A stretch of DNA of 64,000 nucleotides, from positions 288,001 to 352,000 of the forward strand of contig CBDCFN010000015.1 in assembly GCA_965216315.1 (NCBI GenBank), read 5' to 3'. The notes below the pieces were generated by a model that worked only from the letters and a program-made list of their open reading frames with translations, did not search any database and was not told the DNA's origin. Made by a program: the position numbers and the translations under genes. Positions 18,314 through 27,614 of the stretch are shown in pieces (position 1 is the first letter of the stretch; each line of letters opens with the position of its first letter). Origin of the DNA: a bacterium (lineage in GTDB: Bacteria; UBA10199; 2-02-FULL-50-16; JAJFLM01).

Positions 18314-20925
18314 AGAAGCTTCGGCAATTCCTTAAATACCTCGGGGATCTTCGACGCATCATCCCCGCCTGCCTCCGCCATGTCCGGACGGCCGCCGCCC
18401 TTGCCGCCGACGATGGGCGCAAGTTGTTTGATCAAGTCTCCCGCTTTGTATTTCTTGGTGAGATCCTCCGTAACCCTCACGACGAGCCGCGCTTTGCCGT
18501 TGTCTGAAGCGGCAATGACGACAATGCCGGACCCGACCTTCTTCATCAGGTCATCCGAGAGTTTGCGCACGAGTTTTTTGTCGGCCACTTCCGACTGTAG
18601 GGTCATGACCTTGACGCCGTTGATTTCCTGAACTTGTTCGGTACTTTCACCAGCCGAACCCGACATGAGTCGCGACTTAAGAGAGGCGACTTCTTTCTCC
18701 AATACCGTGACCTGATCGAGATATTTTTCGAGTTTGGTCAGGACTTCTTTAGGATTCGTATTCAGACGCGTGGCAATTTCCTCGACCTGATGTTCCATCG
18801 AACGAAAGTAGGCCAGCGCCTCGGGCCCCACGACGGCCTCGATCCGTCGGACCCCGGAACCGACCGCCGACTGACCGACGATCTTAAATAATCCAATTTG
18901 ACCGGTGGCTTCGACGTGAGTCCCCCCACAAAACTCGATGGAGAAATCACCCATACTCAAGACCCGGACCATGTCGCCGTACTTATCGCCGAAAAAAGCC
19001 AGCGCCCCCATCTCGATTGCCTTGTCATAGGGCAAGACCTGACACATCACGGTGAGGTTGTTGCGAATCTGTTCATTGACCAAGTCCTCGATCTGGCTGA
19101 TCTCCTGAGCGGTCAACGGTTGGAAATGTGTAAAGTCAAAACGGGTACGATGGGGTGTCACGAGTGATCCCGCCTGCCGCACATGTTCCCCTAACACTTG
19201 GCGTAACGCGGCGTGAAAGAGATGCGTCGCCGAATGGTGGATCATGCTGCCACTGCGGAATTCCGCATCGACGGCGAGTTCGACCTCATCGCCGGTTTGC
19301 AACTTACCCTCCACAACCCGCGCTGAGTGCATCACAGCATCCCCAAGTTTCTGGGTATCCGTCACCATCAGTCGCGCCTGCGGCGTCACGATCAGACCTT
19401 GGTCGCCGACTTGTCCGCCCGATTCGGCATAGAAAGGCGTCTTCGTCGTGATCAGTTCGACACTCTCGCCTTCCTGAACCTTCGAAACGATTTCACCCCC
19501 ACGAATCAAGCTGGCAACCGGACTTTTTCCACTCAAGTGATCGTAGCCGACAAACTCCGTCTTTACGCCCTGCTCGAGGAGCGCCTCATAGGCCGGCCCC
19601 TTGCTCTTGGGTGTCGCCCCCTTCCAGGCCGCGCGACCGCGTTCTTGTTGCGCCGCCATCTGTTGATCAAAACCGGCCTGGTCGATTTGGTAGCCTTTTT
19701 CTTCAGCGATCAACGCCGTGAGATCGGTCGGAAAGCCAAAGGTGTCATATAAGGTAAAGACAATCTCACCCGGAAGGACTTTATCATCCTGATGATTCTC
19801 GATCTCGGTCTGGATCAACTTGAGTCCGTTCTCCAAGGTTTCGAGAAAGCGTTTTTCCTCCTGCTCGATCAACTGCGTGATCAACTTCTGGTGTTCGAGC
19901 AATTCCGGATAGACCTCACCCATCATCTGCATGAGCGGGGTAAAGAGTCGATAGAAGAACGGTTCATTCATGCCCAACAACTTGCCATAGCGAATCGCCC
20001 GCCGCATGATGCGACGCAAGACATAGCCGCGGCCGTCGTTGGAGGGCTGCACGCCGTCCGCAATCAAAAAAGCCGTTGCCCGAATATGGTCGGCCAGCAC
20101 GTGAATCGAGGCATCCTGCTGGGCATCCTTACCGTAGGTGACACCGGTGAGCTTGCAAGCAGCGTCAATCAGCGGGGTAAATAGGTCGGTCTCATAGTTG
20201 GAATGCACGCCCTGGACCGCTGCGGCCAGGCGTTCGAGGCCCATTCCGGTATCGATAGAAGGCTTAGGTAAGGGTGTCATCTTCCCGGATTCATCGCGAT
20301 CGTACTGCATGAAGACCAGGTTCCAGATCTCCATGTAGCGATCGCCCTCGCCGTTAACGACATCTTCAGGGCTCGTTCCCGCTTCGGGCCCGTGATCGTA
20401 GTGAATCTCACTGCACGGACCGCACGGACCCGTCGGTCCCATCGACCAAAAATTCTCTTCGTCACCGAAGCGCAGGATGCGGTCTTTGGCAACCCCTACC
20501 TCGCTTTCCCATAGCTGTGCCGCTTCATCGTCGGTCTCGTAGACCGTGATCCAGAGTCGGTCCGGATCAAGACCGACTTCTTGGGTGAGAAATTCCCAGG
20601 CAAAACGAATCGCGTCCTTTTTAAAATAATCACCGAAGGAGAAGTTGCCGAGCATCTCGAAAAAGGTGTGATGCCGCGCGGTGTGCCCAACGTTTTCGAG
20701 GTCATTGTGCTTGCCGGAGACCCGCATGCATTTCTGAGAGGACGCCGCCCTACTATAGTCGCGTTTTTCTTCTCCGGTGAAGACCTGTTTAAAGGGGACC
20801 ATGCCGGCATTGCAGAAATAGAGGGTCGCATCTCCATGGGGGATGAGCGAGGCCGAACGCACGCGGGTATGCCCTTGATTCTCAAAGTATTTCAGGAACT
20901 TCTCACGGAGTTCGATCGCCTTCAT
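18310..20925 (-). CDS. alaS: Alanine--tRNA ligase
   Basis: NAGMVPFK, HHTFFEMLGNFSFGDYFK, DTGMGLER, HHSATHL, EFCGGTHV, GGKGGGRPDMAEAGG. Confidence 0.98.
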   Translation of the reverse strand: MKAIELREKFLKYFENQGHTRVRSASLIPHGDATLYFCNAGMVPFKQVFTGEEKRDYSRAASSQKCMRVSGKHNDLENVGHTARHHTFFEMLGNFSFGDYFKKDAIRFAWEFLTQEVGLDPDRLWITVYETDDEAAQLWESEVGVAKDRILRFGDEENFWSMGPTGPCGPCSEIHYDHGPEAGTSPEDVVNGEGDRYMEIWNLVFMQYDRDESGKMTPLPKPSIDTGMGLERLAAAVQGVHSNYETDLFTPLIDAACKLTGVTYGKDAQQDASIHVLADHIRATAFLIADGVQPSNDGRGYVLRRIMRRAIRYGKLLGMNEPFFYRLFTPLMQMMGEVYPELLEHQKLITQLIEQEEKRFLETLENGLKLIQTEIENHQDDKVLPGEIVFTLYDTFGFPTDLTALIAEEKGYQIDQAGFDQQMAAQQERGRAAWKGATPKSKGPAYEALLEQGVKTEFVGYDHLSGKSPVASLIRGGEIVSKVQEGESVELITTKTPFYAESGGQVGDQGLIVTPQARLMVTDTQKLGDAVMHSARVVEGKLQTGDEVELAVDAEFRSGSMIHHSATHLFHAALRQVLGEHVRQAGSLVTPHRTRFDFTHFQPLTAQEISQIEDLVNEQIRNNLTVMCQVLPYDKAIEMGALAFFGDKYGDMVRVLSMGDFSIEFCGGTHVEATGQIGLFKIVGQSAVGSGVRRIEAVVGPEALAYFRSMEHQVEEIATRLNTNPKEVLTKLEKYLDQVTVLEKEVASLKSRLMSGSAGESTEQVQEINGVKVMTLQSEVADKKLVRKLSDDLMKKVGSGIVVIAASDNGKARLVVRVTEDLTKKYKAGDLIKQLAPIVGGKGGGRPDMAEAGGDDASKIPEVFKELPKLL

Positions 20926-20966
20926 AATTGGAAGCTATCAGTTGGCTGAGGGCCTGTCCAGCCTAG

Positions 20967-20992
20967 CAACATCTGGAGGACAGGACCGATAC
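20967..20992 (+). promoter_or_regulatory. Recurrent promoter motif CAAC-N16-CGATAC
   Basis: ATG 21001 lies 14 nt after the C of CGA. Confidence 0.72.
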
Positions 20993-21000
20993 GGGAGGCC

Positions 21001-22095
21001 ATGTCCGGCGCGATCAATCTCAGTCAACTCGTCCAGCTCACCCAATTCAACCTGGGCGGCAGTTTGATTTTCGGCTGTCTTTCCGATACGGGCGAGATCA
21101 CAAACGGCCCTCTCGCCACGGACGTCGTAGGCAGTTTCGCCTATGCGAGTCAGGCCCAAGCAACCGCGCGTGTGTTCCATGAAACGGCGCCTTCACGCGC
21201 GGGGCTGATCCCGATCGAGCCCGATATGACCGATCCTTATGATCTGGAGCTCCATCTTTATATTGATGAAATCCCGTCCTTCGACCGCCAGGGCATTAAA
21301 GGCACCTGGGTCGGACTCGGTCATTATCGCCTGCAACCGAATGCCTACGAAATCCAACATGGCCCGCGCGTCCAGGTACGCACGGAACAAGAGACAAACG
21401 GTGGTCGCCCGATTGAACTCGCCATCGAATATAGCCTGAGCGGTTTCAACATGATGGTCCGTCAGGAAGAAGGCATCCGCTTTCCCCAAAAACGCGGACC
21501 TTCATGGGGCATGTTAGGCACGCAATTGGGATCACGTCTCTTCCTGGAAAGATTATTAGGCGCTCATGCCGTTCCCAACGTCACTCACGTCGACCAAATA
21601 GACGAACCCTTTCACCCACAAGATGTCAGTATGCTGTTTGAGTTGGGACTCCATTTCTATAGCGCCAATCCGGAACGCTGGGCGGAGGGCTTCTACTTTG
21701 ATGACTACCGCGGTGATCATTATGCTGTCATTTATTCGGACGATGGCACGGGTCACCTGGTCAACTCGTCCGGTCAGCGGATTGAATTTGACGACTATGT
21801 CCCACATCAAGGGGCAATGAATCTGCGCTCGGCCGAACGCGTGCAGGGAACGGCCCTTGATGTACCGGCCCTGTGTATCAGCTTGGCCTCCGACGGTATC
21901 AGTATCAGCGAACACCTCCTCAACCCGGCGCAAACTTCTTTCAGCTCGTTCATGCGTCAGTTGATCGCAAGAAGCCAGGAAGAGGTTCAGCGCCAGCTGA
22001 CTTATATCCAGACGCTTTCACCGGAAGAGCGTCTGGCAAGCTTAGCGGAGGCCTTTGGAATCGACGAAGCAACCTTTAGGGCCCGCAACCGATAG
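21001..22095 (+). CDS. Orphan protein, paralog of 22105..23334
   Basis: 364-aa ORF; shares R.(F/Y)LER.LG...PF.P...Y.A.P....EGF...D with its neighbour. Confidence 0.75.
   Translation: MSGAINLSQLVQLTQFNLGGSLIFGCLSDTGEITNGPLATDVVGSFAYASQAQATARVFHETAPSRAGLIPIEPDMTDPYDLELHLYIDEIPSFDRQGIKGTWVGLGHYRLQPNAYEIQHGPRVQVRTEQETNGGRPIELAIEYSLSGFNMMVRQEEGIRFPQKRGPSWGMLGTQLGSRLFLERLLGAHAVPNVTHVDQIDEPFHPQDVSMLFELGLHFYSANPERWAEGFYFDDYRGDHYAVIYSDDGTGHLVNSSGQRIEFDDYVPHQGAMNLRSAERVQGTALDVPALCISLASDGISISEHLLNPAQTSFSSFMRQLIARSQEEVQRQLTYIQTLSPEERLASLAEAFGIDEATFRARNR
22070..22095 (+). promoter_or_regulatory. Recurrent promoter motif CAAC-N16-CGATAG inside the upstream CDS end
   Basis: The TAG of the motif is the stop codon of the upstream gene; ATG 22105 follows. 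Confidence 0.72.
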
Positions 22096-22104
22096 GTCTG
22101 GACT

Positions 22105-23334
22105 ATGAGCGGAGTCCTCTACGCCAACAGCGCGGCTCAGGCCCTTGCCACGAGTTTGACGTCCCTGTATCAATTTAATTCACGCGAGTGTCTACTTGTC
22201 CCGCATCGTTCGATGCTTGCACCTGATAGCAGTGGCGATCCACGTTATCTGTTGCATACCGGCCGCCTGCTCGATGACCTCGCCGGCGCCTATGATGCAA
22301 CCACGGTACTGATGGAGCGCGCCGCCACTTTGCTCGAGGCAACGGGGACCTCGCGTTACCACATTCCCCTGGCCTCCATCCCCAGTCTCCATCCAGAGCA
22401 ACGCACCCCCTATTTAATCCATTATGAAACGCCCGCCATGCGAACCGCGCGCCTGCTCACCCGTTACAAGGAAGCCGCACCGCCCGGTAAGGCAATCGTC
22501 GATCTTCCTCCCTTGTTGCAGACGTCTCTCGAGACACGCGATACCGAATTACATCTCGCTCAACAGCGTCGTCTGAGCAACAGTGCCAATTTTTTGAGCC
22601 ACGGACTCAGCCTTTTTCTGTCGACGCAACTGGAGGGAGTGATATCGGAATTGGTCATCGGTTTGCGCCTCGAGGGTCTGCGTGCCGCAATTACTCAAAG
22701 AGACCGTGTCGTCCTCACGGAAGAAGGACCTGGCGTACTCGACACCTGCGTCTTAAGCTTTAGCAATCGTTCGTATCTCGAAAGAATGCTCGGCCGTGGC
22801 CCATTAAGCTCGCGCCTCGGCATCGCCTACTCACCGGCCCCATTTGGGCCTGAAAACCTTCAAGATATGCTCACGATCACCGAACAGATGTACGCCGCGG
22901 ATCCCGACCTGTTCAGGGAAGGTTTTGCCCTTAGTGACTCACGGGTCGAAACGTATCAACTCCATTTTAATATCCCCGGACAGATCATCGCCACGGATCG
23001 GCAAGGACATCGTGTTGATGCCCGCCAGCTCAGCCTTCGTTCCGAGGTTCCGGATTTCTCCATCCGTTCCATTGCCGGATTGGCCCCGACGTTAAGTCTC
23101 TTTTCGCTCCTGTGGAGCGACGTCGACGTCAAAATGGAATTGAATCGCCCTCATTGGATGGAAAGCGCCGTCACGCATAGTTTTGCCGACTACTTCGACT
23201 TGATGGAGGCCGCAATCCGCCTGGAACTCAAGATCTTTGACGAGATGGACCCGCGAGACCGCCGCAATTTACTCGAGACTGAAATCGCCCGTCTCAACGA
23301 CGATGACAGCGATGACAAGAAATGGCTGAATTAG
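22105..23334 (+). CDS. Orphan protein, paralog of 21001..22095
   Basis: 409-aa ORF; N-terminus YANSAAQALATSLTS; shared C-terminal domain. Confidence 0.75.
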   Translation: MSGVLYANSAAQALATSLTSLYQFNSRECLLVPHRSMLAPDSSGDPRYLLHTGRLLDDLAGAYDATTVLMERAATLLEATGTSRYHIPLASIPSLHPEQRTPYLIHYETPAMRTARLLTRYKEAAPPGKAIVDLPPLLQTSLETRDTELHLAQQRRLSNSANFLSHGLSLFLSTQLEGVISELVIGLRLEGLRAAITQRDRVVLTEEGPGVLDTCVLSFSNRSYLERMLGRGPLSSRLGIAYSPAPFGPENLQDMLTITEQMYAADPDLFREGFALSDSRVETYQLHFNIPGQIIATDRQGHRVDARQLSLRSEVPDFSIRSIAGLAPTLSLFSLLWSDVDVKMELNRPHWMESAVTHSFADYFDLMEAAIRLELKIFDEMDPRDRRNLLETEIARLNDDDSDDKKWLN

Positions 23335-23337
23335 TGC

Positions 23338-23931
23338 TTAGTTCGCCTTCTGAACCAGTTCTTGATGTATCTTCATTAGCGGCCCAAAATTCTGGTCATC
23401 GGCAGCCTTTAGGGCTTGGAGGTAGCGGTTTCTGAAATTACTTTGCTCCAAAAGTGCTTTCTCCGGCCACTGGTATAACGGCAAATTGGACTTACGACGG
23501 TGAATATTCGTGATCAAGCGGGCCCACCGACCGTTACCGTTCTTAAACGGATGGACCCAAACCAGACGATGATGCAAGCGTGCACAAATCTCTTCCGGAT
23601 CAATATCAGAAGTCGGCGTGGTCCAGTACGCGTAGTCATCAGCCAACTTTCTGAGCTCTTCTCGTATTTGTGTCTTATCAATCCCGATATTCAAATTAGA
23701 GTCACGAATTGTCCCAGCCCAATCCCATACATCTCCAAGCATTTCGCAATGAACTTGTAAAAACCAATCATAGGTAAATGGAGCTTTTTTAGGGGAAACG
23801 CGTCCCAATAAATATTTTCGACTCGCCCGTATAATATTCTCAAATTCGACAAGATCACATTCTTGCCGTGTCTGCAGATCGATCTTTAGACCGGAATAAT
23901 CCTCGAGTCGTGTTTTGCCATCATCGATCAC
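23338..23931 (-). CDS. Fic-family 'mobile mystery protein B'
   Basis: MLGDVWDWAGTIR and HHRLVWVHPFKNGNGRWARL; paired with the XRE-HTH gene. Confidence 0.85.
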   Translation of the reverse strand: MIDDGKTRLEDYSGLKIDLQTRQECDLVEFENIIRASRKYLLGRVSPKKAPFTYDWFLQVHCEMLGDVWDWAGTIRDSNLNIGIDKTQIREELRKLADDYAYWTTPTSDIDPEEICARLHHRLVWVHPFKNGNGRWARLITNIHRRKSNLPLYQWPEKALLEQSNFRNRYLQALKAADDQNFGPLMKIHQELVQKAN

Positions 23932-23943
23932 TATGCCGACTCC

Positions 23944-24396
23944 TTAGTCGTCCCATAATAGTGAAGGACGCTTACTCGCCAAGTCCCGAACCAAGTCTTC
24001 TCGTTGTTGCTTAATATACTTCTCTGCCGGCTGCTGCTCTTCGAGTGCTGCGGTTCCTACCGATAATTTAACGAGCTGATCGGCTTTCTGCTCAGCACGC
24101 TGTCGAATACTCTGTTGAATTGGTTGTCTGGGTACCAAACGAACGATGAGTTCACAGTCGAGGCCTTCAGCCGCCTTTTTAAGGCTTGAGAGCCGCGGAT
24201 CGACTTCTTCACTTTCCAATCGCTGGATCATGCGCAGATATTGGCCTGAGCGCCGTGCTAGTTGTGTCTGCGTCATTCCTAGTAGTGCTCGGATTCTCTG
24301 AATTTGCACCCCGATCCGTTCCGGGGATCTTAGCCAATCCGGCAGTGATTTTAAGGGCTTATAGCGTTCTTGTTCGAAGAGGACCTTGAGTTTCAT
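23944..24396 (-). CDS. XRE-HTH 'mobile mystery protein A'
   Basis: IRALLGMTQTQLARR...LKKAAEGLDCELIVRLVPR...ALEEQ...LLWDD. Confidence 0.85.
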   Translation of the reverse strand: MKLKVLFEQERYKPLKSLPDWLRSPERIGVQIQRIRALLGMTQTQLARRSGQYLRMIQRLESEEVDPRLSSLKKAAEGLDCELIVRLVPRQPIQQSIRQRAEQKADQLVKLSVGTAALEEQQPAEKYIKQQREDLVRDLASKRPSLLWDD

Positions 24397-24402
24397 GGCC
24401 CA

Positions 24403-24489
24403 ATTATACTACATATTTGTCGTATTACAAGCATGTTTATACGCTAAATATGTCGTAAATAAACCTGTTTTTACGACATATATGTCATA
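24403..24489 (-). promoter_or_regulatory. Sigma70-type promoter with three 18-bp palindromic operators
   Basis: TTGTAA-N16-TATAAT on the minus strand; operators near TACGACATATATGTCGTA at 24407, 24440 and 24472. Confidence 0.75.
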
Positions 24490-24501
24490 TCAAAAGGGGG
24501 C

Positions 24502-25569
24502 CTAGCTTGCCTTCTTGCGTCCGGGCTTATTGTCCGGCGGCAGATCGGTCGCGACCGGTTGCGCCTTGGCCGGCATAGGGATGCCGAGCTTGGTACGGAC
24601 TTCCTTTTCCAGCTTGTTGGCGATCTTTTTGTTTTCTTTGAGGAAGGTGCGGGCGTTTTCTTTGCCCTGACCCAAGCGATCGTCGCCGTAAGAATACCAG
24701 GTCCCGCTCTTTTCAATCACGCCGGCCTGTTCGCCCATGTCGAGGATTTCGCCTTCGCGCGAGATGCCTTCGCCATAGACAATATCAAACTCGACGTTGC
24801 GAAAGGGCGCCGCCATCTTGTTCTTCACGACCTTGACGCGGGTTCTGTTCCCGACGATTTGATCGGATTGCTTGAGCGCGCTGATGCGACGGATGTCGAG
24901 GCGCACGGAGGAATAGAACTTTAAGGCATTTCCTCCCGTCGTCGTCTCGGGATTGCCGAACATCACGCCAATCTTCATGCGGATTTGGTTGATAAAAATG
25001 AGCAGGGAATTGGACTTGGAAATGGACGCGGTCAGTTTGCGCAGGGCCTGACTCATCAGTCGGGCTTGAACTCCCATCTGAGGATCACCCATGTCGCCTT
25101 CAATCTCGGAGCGCGGGGTCAAAGCCGCAACCGAATCCACGACGATAATATCAACGGCCCCGCTCTTGATCAGCATATCCGCTATCTCCAAGGCCTGCTC
25201 GCCGTTATCCGGTTGGGAGACGAGCAACTCGTCGGTCTTCACCCCGAGTTTAGCCGCGTATGTTGGGTCCATCGCGTGCTCCGCATCGATGAAGGCGGCG
25301 ACACCACCTGCTTTTTGTGCCGAGGCGATCGCGTGGAGTGACAAGGTCGTCTTACCGGAGGACTCCGGACCAAAAATTTCAATGATGCGTCCCTTCGGAT
25401 AACCACCTATCCCTAAAGACTGATCAAGACCAATTGAACCCGTGGGAATGACCTCAACGCCTTGAAATTTGGCATCCGCATCGCCAAGTTTCATGATCGA
25501 TCCCTTGCCATATTGGCGTTCGATACTGGTAAGCGCGGTCTCTAGCGTTTTGGCTTTGATGTCATCCAT
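24502..25569 (-). CDS. recA: Recombinase RecA
   Basis: [43 protein letters not shown]. Confidence 0.99.
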   Translation of the reverse strand: MDDIKAKTLETALTSIERQYGKGSIMKLGDADAKFQGVEVIPTGSIGLDQSLGIGGYPKGRIIEIFGPESSGKTTLSLHAIASAQKAGGVAAFIDAEHAMDPTYAAKLGVKTDELLVSQPDNGEQALEIADMLIKSGAVDIIVVDSVAALTPRSEIEGDMGDPQMGVQARLMSQALRKLTASISKSNSLLIFINQIRMKIGVMFGNPETTTGGNALKFYSSVRLDIRRISALKQSDQIVGNRTRVKVVKNKMAAPFRNVEFDIVYGEGISREGEILDMGEQAGVIEKSGTWYSYGDDRLGQGKENARTFLKENKKIANKLEKEVRTKLGIPMPAKAQPVATDLPPDNKPGRKKAS

Positions 25570-25644
25570 GTAGTCCTCCTTAGACTCAATTAAAAAAAGG
25601 CAATCTAGTGCACTGCCTGGTGATGAGTGTGCCCTAATTGCCTC

Positions 25645-26217
25645 TTATCCTCCCAATTCGAATCTAGTGATGGTGCTATATCGCGCCCCCTCCCTTGTCA
25701 ACTCGCTCTTAAATAAGGTCACGGCCTCTAAAGGGAACTCACCGAAATGTTTATCGTTCCCGAGCTTTAAAAAATGTTCGAGGCCACGGGGTCGCTGATT
25801 TTTGCGGACCCGCGCAATCGTGATGTGGGGAAAAAACTTTTGCCGGAGCGCTTGTTGATCGACCGGCAAATCGCGCAACGCCTCGCTTAATTCACGATGC
25901 AAGCGGGTGAGGGTCTGGCCGTCACCTTGAATCCCCGCCCAGAGGATGCGCGGATGCCGCAGGCTCTTGAAGATCCCGACACCCCCGACCTCTAAGCGAC
26001 TCGGTGGAATCTGTTGGGCAATCGCCTGGGCCCGTTGCTCAATCAGCCCCAACACCTCGGCGTCAATCTCGCCCAGAAATTGGAGGGTCACGTGCATTTG
26101 AGCGGCGGGCACCCAGCGCACCCCATTCAGGTTCGGCTCCATCGCCCGGGTCCACAGGTCCAAATTAGCGCGCAGCGCGTCTGCGAGGGAAATTCCTAAA
26201 AAAGTCCGTAATTTCAT
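25645..26217 (-). CDS. thpR: RNA 2',3'-cyclic phosphodiesterase (2H family)
   Basis: Two HxT motifs (HVTL, HITI); start set at MKLRTFLGI. Confidence 0.9.
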   Translation of the reverse strand: MKLRTFLGISLADALRANLDLWTRAMEPNLNGVRWVPAAQMHVTLQFLGEIDAEVLGLIEQRAQAIAQQIPPSRLEVGGVGIFKSLRHPRILWAGIQGDGQTLTRLHRELSEALRDLPVDQQALRQKFFPHITIARVRKNQRPRGLEHFLKLGNDKHFGEFPLEAVTLFKSELTREGARYSTITRFELGG

Positions 26218-26281
26218 AGCCTTAACTATGCTAAAGCCTCGGGGATCTCCTCGCAACTAAATTCCGCGCTTGACCGATAAA

Positions 26282-26300
26282 GATAATGAATATAATTATC
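26282..26300. promoter_or_regulatory. Fur box upstream of bfd
   Basis: GATAATGAATATAATTATC matches 16 of 19 positions of GATAATGATAATCATTATC. Confidence 0.8.
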
Positions 26301-26326
26301 ATTATTAGGAAGGATGAAATCCGCCC

Positions 26327-26551
26327 ATGATCGTCTGTCTGTGTGAAGGCATCCGCGAAAGTGACATTAAAGAGGCCGTGAAGTCCGGGGCCACGGAACT
26401 ACGTGAACTCGGTCGTCATTGCGGCGCGGGCAGCGGCTGTGGTTCCTGCCATGCCGAACTCTCGATGCTGATCCAAAGCTATTCGAAAAAAGCCGCTCAC
26501 AGCGAGCCCGCACTCCCGACCGTCTCTACTCCCCACCGCAAGTCTGAGTAA
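26327..26551 (+). CDS. bfd: Bacterioferritin-associated [2Fe-2S] ferredoxin
   Basis: MIVCLCEGI...GAGSGCGSC; lies upstream of bfr. Confidence 0.9.
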   Translation: MIVCLCEGIRESDIKEAVKSGATELRELGRHCGAGSGCGSCHAELSMLIQSYSKKAAHSEPALPTVSTPHRKSE

Positions 26552-26604
26552 ATTAGTACGAATTGCTTGAATCTTTAGCACGATAAGCCTATCGTGCTTC
26601 AATA

Positions 26605-27084
26605 ATGGCACCACGCGTTCCCCAAGCAATCATCGACGTCCTCAACGAAGTCCTCTGTGCTGAACTCACCGCAATTAATCAGTATTTTTTGCACGCCGAA
26701 ATGTGCGCCGACTGGGGCTATAAGAAGCTCCATCAATTCACCCGCAAGGAATCGATTGAAGAGATGAAGCACGCCGAAGAAGTCATCGAGCGCATCCTCT
26801 ATCTCAAAGGGATTCCCAACGTGCAGAAGCTGGGAAACATCAAGATCGGTGAGACGGTCCCGGAACAATTCGAATCCGATCTCGCTCTGGAAAAGATTGC
26901 GGTCGACCGTCTCAACAAGGGTATCGCGACCTGCCGCGAAGCCGGCGATAACGGCACGCGGACCTTACTCGAAGAAATTCTTGAAGACGAAGAAGAGCAC
27001 CTCGACTGGCTCGAGACCCAGTTAGATCTGATCGAATCCGTTGGTGTTGAGAACTACCTCGCTGAGCAGCTCAAAGACGAATAA
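26605..27084 (+). CDS. bfr: Bacterioferritin
   Basis: ELTAINQYFLHA, ESIEEMKHA, DEEEHLDWLETQL. Confidence 0.97.
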   Translation: MAPRVPQAIIDVLNEVLCAELTAINQYFLHAEMCADWGYKKLHQFTRKESIEEMKHAEEVIERILYLKGIPNVQKLGNIKIGETVPEQFESDLALEKIAVDRLNKGIATCREAGDNGTRTLLEEILEDEEEHLDWLETQLDLIESVGVENYLAEQLKDE

Positions 27085-27090
27085 CTAATA

Positions 27091-27516
27091 CTAGACCAGC
27101 GCCCGGCTTTCGTTCCAATCAATGAGCATTTGAATCCCATAGATCAGATCGTCGAGAAGCCCTTCCCAAGACAACGTTCCACATTCACGGCGATATATAG
27201 ATTCTCGTGCTTGAACAAATTGTTCCAGCTCATCGCTGGTTTTCATTCCTAACGTATCCTTGAGCTCTTGTAGTTGATTCCGCGGCGACATCAGTCCACA
27301 ATCCAAATAACTGACATACTCCCGAATAGACGTGGTATTGTGAAACACATCGATCGGCACGTACGTCTGCCCATTAACCATCTGCAACGGCTCGTCGCCC
27401 TCAACAGCAACACACACCCACACCCGGTCTTCCATATCAAGAATACCGTTTGCGTTGCTATCAACAGGCCACACGAGCGACCCCTGCTGAGCACACAATT
27501 CAAGTTTTGGATCCAT
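27091..27516 (-). CDS. Hypothetical orphan with a possible Ca-binding DxNxNG loop
   Basis: GAGGAG SD; DSNANGILDMED; preceded by the recurrent promoter motif. Confidence 0.65.
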   Translation of the reverse strand: MDPKLELCAQQGSLVWPVDSNANGILDMEDRVWVCVAVEGDEPLQMVNGQTYVPIDVFHNTTSIREYVSYLDCGLMSPRNQLQELKDTLGMKTSDELEQFVQARESIYRRECGTLSWEGLLDDLIYGIQMLIDWNESRALV

Positions 27517-27537
27517 GAGTACTATCTCCTCTGAGCT

Positions 27538-27563
27538 TTATCGTTCAACCGCTACGTGGGTTG
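27538..27563 (-). promoter_or_regulatory. Recurrent promoter motif CAAC-N16-CGATAA
   Basis: Minus strand, upstream of ATG 27516. Confidence 0.75.
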
Positions 27564-27614
27564 TGTACAAACGGAAATAAATGCTTTCTGGAGTAAACAG
27601 CAGATAGGAAATGC

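Noticed and set aside
25605..25636. Imperfect inverted repeat upstream of recA as a LexA box or CIRCE
   Set aside because: It does not match CIRCE or any LexA consensus I can name with confidence.
26254..26280. CAAC-N17-CGATAA upstream of bfd as a regulon site
   Set aside because: The spacer is 17, not 16, and it overlaps TTGACC and abuts a Fur box before a conserved gene. It was not counted.
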